This document shows, in pieces, positions 63,064 to 64,000 of a stretch of 64,000 nucleotides of DNA. Every line of letters begins with the position of its first letter. Within the stretch, counting starts at the first letter, position 1. Where the stretch lies: assembly GCA_951406725.2 (NCBI GenBank), contig OX597814.1, forward strand, positions 204,538,001 through 204,602,000, given 5' to 3'. The notes under the pieces are model-generated. The model was not told where the DNA came from. It saw only the letters and a program-made list of their open reading frames with translations, and did no database searches. The DNA comes from Octopus vulgaris. Lineage: Eukaryota. The position numbers were made by a program, and so were the translations under genes.

Positions 63064-63294
63064 TATCTGTAAATGCAATACGTGACAATTATTCGGTAGC
63101 CATGATAAAACTCCGAGATTTGGATGGTGAGGTGGAAATCCACGCTGCCATCTCTTCACTTATCCGGCCATTGGAAAATCCGATGGCCGGATAACTGAAG
63201 AGATGGCAGCGTGGATTTCCACCTGGAGTCCTGTCACATAACTCTGAGTTTTATCATAGCTACCGAATAATTGTCACATATTACTTTTCAGATA
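63064..63294. repeat. Foldback with two damaged hammerhead copies
   Basis: Near-perfect inner palindrome GGTGGAAATCCACGCTGCCATCTCTTCA...TGAAGAGATGGCAGCGTGGATTTCCACC, with ATAA-CTGAAGA-GATGG on the right arm. Confidence 0.8.
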
Positions 63295-63315
63295 TATATA
63301 TATATACATATATAT

Positions 63316-63376
<61 letters not shown>

Positions 63377-63576
63377 TGTTAAATAAAATGAGACAACAAA
63401 GACAAGGGTGTGTGGAATTTTCAGGACATTTATGAAGAGACAATGTGAGATGGTTAAATAGAGGGAAATATTAGTTATTTTTAAAAAGGAAGAAAGGAAG
63501 GAAATAAAGAGTATAGAATGAAATAGGAGAATGAATATAGTAATATAAAGAAGAAAAAAATATATAAATATTATAT

Positions 63577-63742
63577 AGGCGCAGGAGTGGCTGTGTGGTA
63601 AGTAGCTTGCTAACCAACCACATGGTTCCGGGTTCAGTCCCACTGCATGGCATCTTGGGCAAGTGTTTTCTGCTATAGCCCCGGGCTGACCAATGCCTTG
63701 TGAGTGGATTTGGTAGACGGAAACTGAAAGAAGCCTGTCGTA

Positions 63743-63781
<39 letters not shown>

Positions 63782-63981
63782 ATGTGTTTGTGTGCCTGTG
63801 TTTGTCCCCCTAGCATTGCTTGACAACCGATGCTGGTGTGTTTACGTCCCCGTCACTTAGCAGTTTGGCAAAAGAGACCGATAGAATAAGTACTGGGCTC
63901 ACAAAGAATAAGTCCCGGGGTCAATAAGTCCCAGCATGGCCGCAGTCAAATGACTGAAACGAGTAAAAGAGTAAAAGAGTA
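63577..63981 (+). mobile_element. SINE family A, full length
   Basis: Collinear with 23832-24234. Confidence 0.88.
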
Positions 63982-64000
63982 TACATATTTACATATAAAC

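Overview
AT-rich, repeat-dense eukaryotic genomic DNA, most likely from an octopus or other coleoid cephalopod (inferred from the SINE, LINE and microsatellite content). The only host gene I can support is an internal part of a + strand stabilin-like scavenger receptor gene. I assembled it by hand from 18 short exons between 14769 and 59491 (1916 nt, one open frame with consistent splice phases, one GC-AG intron). It encodes an EGF/laminin-EGF cluster, two FAS1 domains, a Cys-rich linker and the start of the next EGF cluster; neither start nor stop is visible. The rest is introns and upstream DNA filled with tRNA-derived SINEs, RTE and CR1 LINE fragments, a deleted Gypsy LTR element, mariner, hAT and piggyBac-type MITEs, non-autonomous Helitrons and microsatellites. 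Most ORF-track entries are repeat artefacts. Two things stand out. (1) About a dozen minimal hammerhead-ribozyme motifs of Penelope-like (pLTR) type, several inside foldback insertions with 12-16 bp target-site duplications, including an apparent G3-C8 compensatory core variant. (2) A ~1.3 kb long-TIR element carrying an internal palindrome of outward-facing (CCCTAA)n...(TTAGGG)n telomeric arrays. All calls are by eye and TE boundaries are approximate.
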